DNA of 64,000 bases from Perna viridis (taxonomy: Eukaryota): contig CM074512.1 of assembly GCA_037379345.1 (NCBI GenBank), positions 44,144,001-44,208,000 on the forward strand, written 5' to 3'. The position numbers and the translations under genes are program-made. Shown piece by piece: positions 59,949 to 64,000 of this stretch. The notes beneath the pieces are model-generated. The model did not search any database. It worked only from the letters and a program-made list of their open reading frames with translations, and had not been told where the DNA came from. The first letter of the stretch is position 1; each line of letters begins with the position of its first letter.

Positions 59949-62544
59949 TTAACTGTATTCGAATACTTCTTGGAGTTAATCTAAACTTAGTGATGAAGAC
60001 TTTGGGTGCTTTGTTCCAGTTGATCCACATAGCTTTCCATTATTGGTTCGTACCACAGTGTTTCGTGCCAGTAGACGTGTCAGCCGAACCGGAAGTAGAA
60101 TGAAAAGAGAGAATCGGATCGTATCGGTAATAGAAATCTAGCTACCTGTTATCTGTTCTTCTTTCTTTCTTTCAGTAGTTTTCCTTTCTGTCTTCATGTG
60201 AACCAACCACCGCCTTTGTTGTTTTAAAGGCAATTTATACTTATTGATAATAATTGTAAATAAGCTATCAAAGATGACATGTGTAATGGTAGTATGTCTC
60301 ATAAATCAAACACGACACGATTTTATATTTGTCATGAATAGGTGTCCTAAATTTATTAAGATCCCTTGTTTTTTTTTTACAATGACCAAGCTGTTTTCTT
60401 AGTGTTATAATTATGAAGTGCTATCCACTAGTTATGCAAAAGTATGTATAGTATTTAAGTATCAGTCTTTGTAAGAATCATGTATATAATGAAAAGTATA
60501 ATCATTCATTCCAGTCTGTCTGCTCTTTGGAGATAATTAACATTGAAAATCCAATAGCTTCTACTGTATTTAAGTCTCATTTACAAAGTTATCTCCCTTA
60601 ATTAAGAATCCTACAGTACATTCTATATAGTTTATATCTCATATGAACAAGGATTCTATGAAATTCCACATGTTATTTCTGTTTACTTAAGCATTTTAAA
60701 CAAAATATTAAAAAACAAAAAACAAAAATATGTAGGCTTTCCAACCATGCATCACATTTTGCATGATTGTTAGCTGGAGTGCTTTTAAGTAGAATTTATC
60801 AAAACGGAAATTTCTATTCTTGCTGTATGGACGAATTGCCACGTTTTTTATTTTTGACACAGATCTACTGCTAAAGCAGATATCTTAGATTAGGATGAAG
60901 AACGTTTTTATTCAGATTTTTTTCGAAGTGCAGATAAATTTCTGAAAAGAAAGTTATATTTGAGTTTATAAAGATGCTATAGCTTAAAACGTCCAGACCA
61001 TAATTTTGTTTTGTCTGAAATTAAATAACTACCTCCCGGAAAACAAAGAAAAGGTATACAAGCTCATAAATTACACGGTTATAAATATCTACGTATATGG
61101 TCGAATTTATTGTCAATAACTATGTAAAATTTATTGCCAATTGATATTATGACATTAACAAAACGTTATCCATTTTTACAGCTTATTTGTGCGCAAGTTT
61201 TGATTGTCTTAGCTTTTTTTCAGAAAGAAAAGTTCTTTGGAGTTGATGACCTCTACAGTGTAGACAGAATATTCGTGCATAACTCTTGTATCCATATTGA
61301 ATGTGACCTCGCCACATATTACAACTTTTATGGTATCCCTTTCATTGTCATAACATAAGCATGGTGGTCCATTATGCGCATAGTAGTCATACATCAAAAA
61401 GATGAAAACGTACTTCAATTAGTTCTTAAACTTTGTGGTTACAAGGATTAGTTGTTCTTTGAAATGCATCGTTGATTTGGGACAAGTCATACCAGAAAAG
61501 ACGTATCTTTAACAATTTGTATAATATTATCAAAAATAACGAATCGTGGACAGTGTTGACACACCTTTTGTGTCACGCTTTAGGTAATAATTCATGTGAA
61601 ATTCAGGATATGAGTTTAAGCGTCTGTGTATCTTTGGCGGTGATAGTATTAAGCTCAAACAAAAACAGTACTTTGAATCAGAAATCGTCTGTTGTCGCCA
61701 TCTTGACTGGGTATGGTCAAACTAAAAACCACAATTAGGATACAAGAAAGGTTATTGTGTGTCAAAGTACACCCACTGATACTTCAGAATACTTGTCCCC
61801 ACTTATTATATTTCAAGGGCTATATTATAACCCTAAAGTAGGAAATTGCTACCAATATATAACGACATCACCGTGATTGTTTCGCCATTTATGCTCGACA
61901 CCTGCTGGAAATATCGACACAACTCGGTGCGTTCCTCAACAAATCTTTTATTGTTTTGCTCAGTATTTGGTCCGTTTATGGATGTGAGTGAGGTGCAACA
62001 TTGTATCAATGAGATTGTCTAGAACATCTTGTACACTATTTTAAGTACAGTACAATCAAAGTTCGAAATCGCATGATGTCGCCATTCATACATCACTATT
62101 TTTTATATACTTTTGTATATGATTGAATAGCGCATTCTACAAATACACGCACCTGTTACTAAAATACAAGTATACATGTAAAAAAATAATGGCATTGAGT
62201 AATTTCAGGCAGTGGTTAGACACGGGGAAGTCATTTAACACGCAGTCAACGTGAAGTTTTGTTTTCTGCATTTCCTGCTCTATGGATATGATCATGAATT
62301 ACATGTATTCTCAAACCTAACGTTGGAGCATTGTTTTAGATTAGATAGTTGTTTTTCGTCAAAACAGTAAATCTCTTTTTGTACACTAGTATATATAGCA
62401 CCTCATGTGATTTCAAAAGCGCCTTTTGTGAGAAACAAAACAATATGAATGATAACTCCCTAATGCCAGTAGTGTTTGACACGTGTCGCCGAGTTGCATT
62501 ATTGTAGCTATAATATTAACGGATTATACTCATTTGCTTTGCAA

Positions 62545-62690
62545 TATGGTGGGTGCCGCTTGTGGACAAGGACATGCTTAAACTTCCGGGACACCTGATG
62601 TCAATCCCGGTTTTATTGCTAGTGCTTTAGTTTTTTGTGTGACGTCTTGTTTCTCTTATCTTCAGTTTTTGTGTGTAATCTTTTTAAACT
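62545..62690 (+). mobile_element. Related retroelement 3' end, more distant subfamily
   Basis: gggtgcc...catgcttaaacttccgggacacctga follows the same gggtg...gctta...ccgg..cacctg layout, then a T/G-rich tail. Confidence 0.55.
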
Positions 62691-63629
62691 GGTTCGCTAC
62701 ATTGTGTCTGTAGGTCTTCTCTGTTTCACATGTTCACGTTTAGGCCATGTTTTGGGATTTTAACATAATTTAATTACCCCACTGCTGACGCTTCGGTATT
62801 TTTTTGCCGATATTCAATTTCAAATTTGGAAAATCAGTATTGGGTACATGAATATTGGATGTTGAAATTTAAAAACAATTAAAACCCAACTAACTAAATA
62901 AAAACAACAACACAAGCAGATGTCTCATTTAGTCGAGTAGTAGGTATTCATATCAGAGGGAGTCACATTAGCATAACTAAGGCTCGAGAAACGTTTGTTC
63001 AGACAACATAATTTATGAACAAAGCTATGATATAGAACAGTATTTATGTTCCATCTTCTCAACCAAAGGCTTCATGCTGACTATGAATAAGCCCGCCTAC
63101 AATTTACAAGCATTTCAGTTGTCTTGTGAGGTCGACATATGTCAGTGTAAAAATACTCTCACGTAGGAACATCAACCAAATTTACAACGTTGAACATTTA
63201 TTTCCTGAAAGGGGGAGAAAAGAAACGAACAAACTTCGTTTTGTGTGTATTTCATTTAATGTTACCAAGATTATCCGAATCTTGTAAACTAGTACATAAG
63301 AGACGAAAATTATAGTTTTAACATGAACATTGTTGACATTTAACATCCCACCCGCCGTCACAGTCACATATCGTCTATGTTTAACCAACCGTACGGTATA
63401 TCATTTTGAAACTTTACATTAACTGTTTTGTATGTACCAAGTTTCCCGACATTACCTAAGAATTTTTTTTGCGGCTTAAACAAAACCATTTGATGAACAG
63501 AATTAAATCAAATTTATTACTCGGAGTTTTTTTAAGGAACTACTAGAACTGCAATATAACGACTAACCATTATGCTTTAAATGAACATCTCGTTTTTGCA
63601 TTTTTCCCCACCTTAAATCTTTAAAAATA

Positions 63630-63998
63630 TCATAGATGCGTTTCCAGTGTTTCAATATCAGGAAACAAATCCGTATAACTCGAAGTTGAAATTCCTGAAT
63701 CAGTCATGTTGCTCTCTTGTCTACAAGCCAACCGACATTCATCCTTCCGCATCAAAAGATTTTTAAACCTCGGATGCTTTTCCTTTGGATATCTCCGTTG
63801 CCTACGAGATTTTCCAGGAAATGAGAAAACTTGATTTTCCTCGTCGTTGCAAGAAGAAAAACTGTCACGGTTTTCGACCGAGGGACTATTTTCACTAAGT
63901 GAACTGTCGTCTGCCTCGTAATCCTCGTCATTTGGTAATATACACCTTACATCGCGGAACCCGAATCTGGTACATTGCGTAACTGGTTCGCATGGTGA
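63630..63998 (-). CDS. C-terminal part of the terminal exon of an unidentified convergent gene; low-complexity tail ending ETHL*
   Basis: Manual translation of the minus strand gives about 122 sense codons, open to the window edge: SPCEPVTQCTRFGFRDVRCILPNDEDYEADDSSLSENSPSVENRDSFSSCNDEENQVFSFPGKSRRQRRYPKEKHPRFKNLLMRKDECRLACRQESNMTDSGISTSSYTDLFPDIETLETHL*. GC content drops right after the stop. Minus-strand AATAAA at 63513-63518. Confidence 0.75.
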   Translation of the reverse strand, partial: SPCEPVTQCTRFGFRDVRCILPNDEDYEADDSSLSENSPSVENRDSFSSCNDEENQVFSFPGKSRRQRRYPKEKHPRFKNLLMRKDECRLACRQESNMTDSGISTSSYTDLFPDIETLETHL

Positions 63999-64000
63999 AA

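Overview
AT-rich, intron-containing animal genomic DNA, probably from a bivalve mollusc (mytilid-like). That assignment is inferred from repeat families I recognise from memory and from the BMP ligand type, not from a search. Three protein-coding loci are supported. (1) The last three coding exons of a WD40-repeat gene on + (3362-3513, 4003-4090, 21063-21155), with a ~17 kb terminal intron. (2) A complete two-coding-exon BMP2/4 (dpp)-family gene on + (54289-54619, 55133-56022; 406 aa), with a divergent type I receptor-binding loop and a very long polybasic mature N-terminus. (3) The C-terminal end of a convergent minus-strand gene running off the window (63630-64000, ending ...ETHL*), which the ORF track misses. 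The ~50 kb upstream of BMP2/4 has no other convincing coding sequence. It does carry clustered CAGGTG/CACCTG E-boxes, a candidate Smad-response module, candidate promoters and candidate non-coding exons, which suggests a BMP2/4 regulatory landscape extending into the WD40 intron. Repeats include 5'-truncated copies of a Penelope-like retroelement with a conserved structured 3' RNA element, TTAA-flanked Kolobok-type MITEs, other MITEs, Helentron-associated-type elements, SINE-like remnants and small tandem arrays. Almost all other ORFs in the supplied track look spurious.
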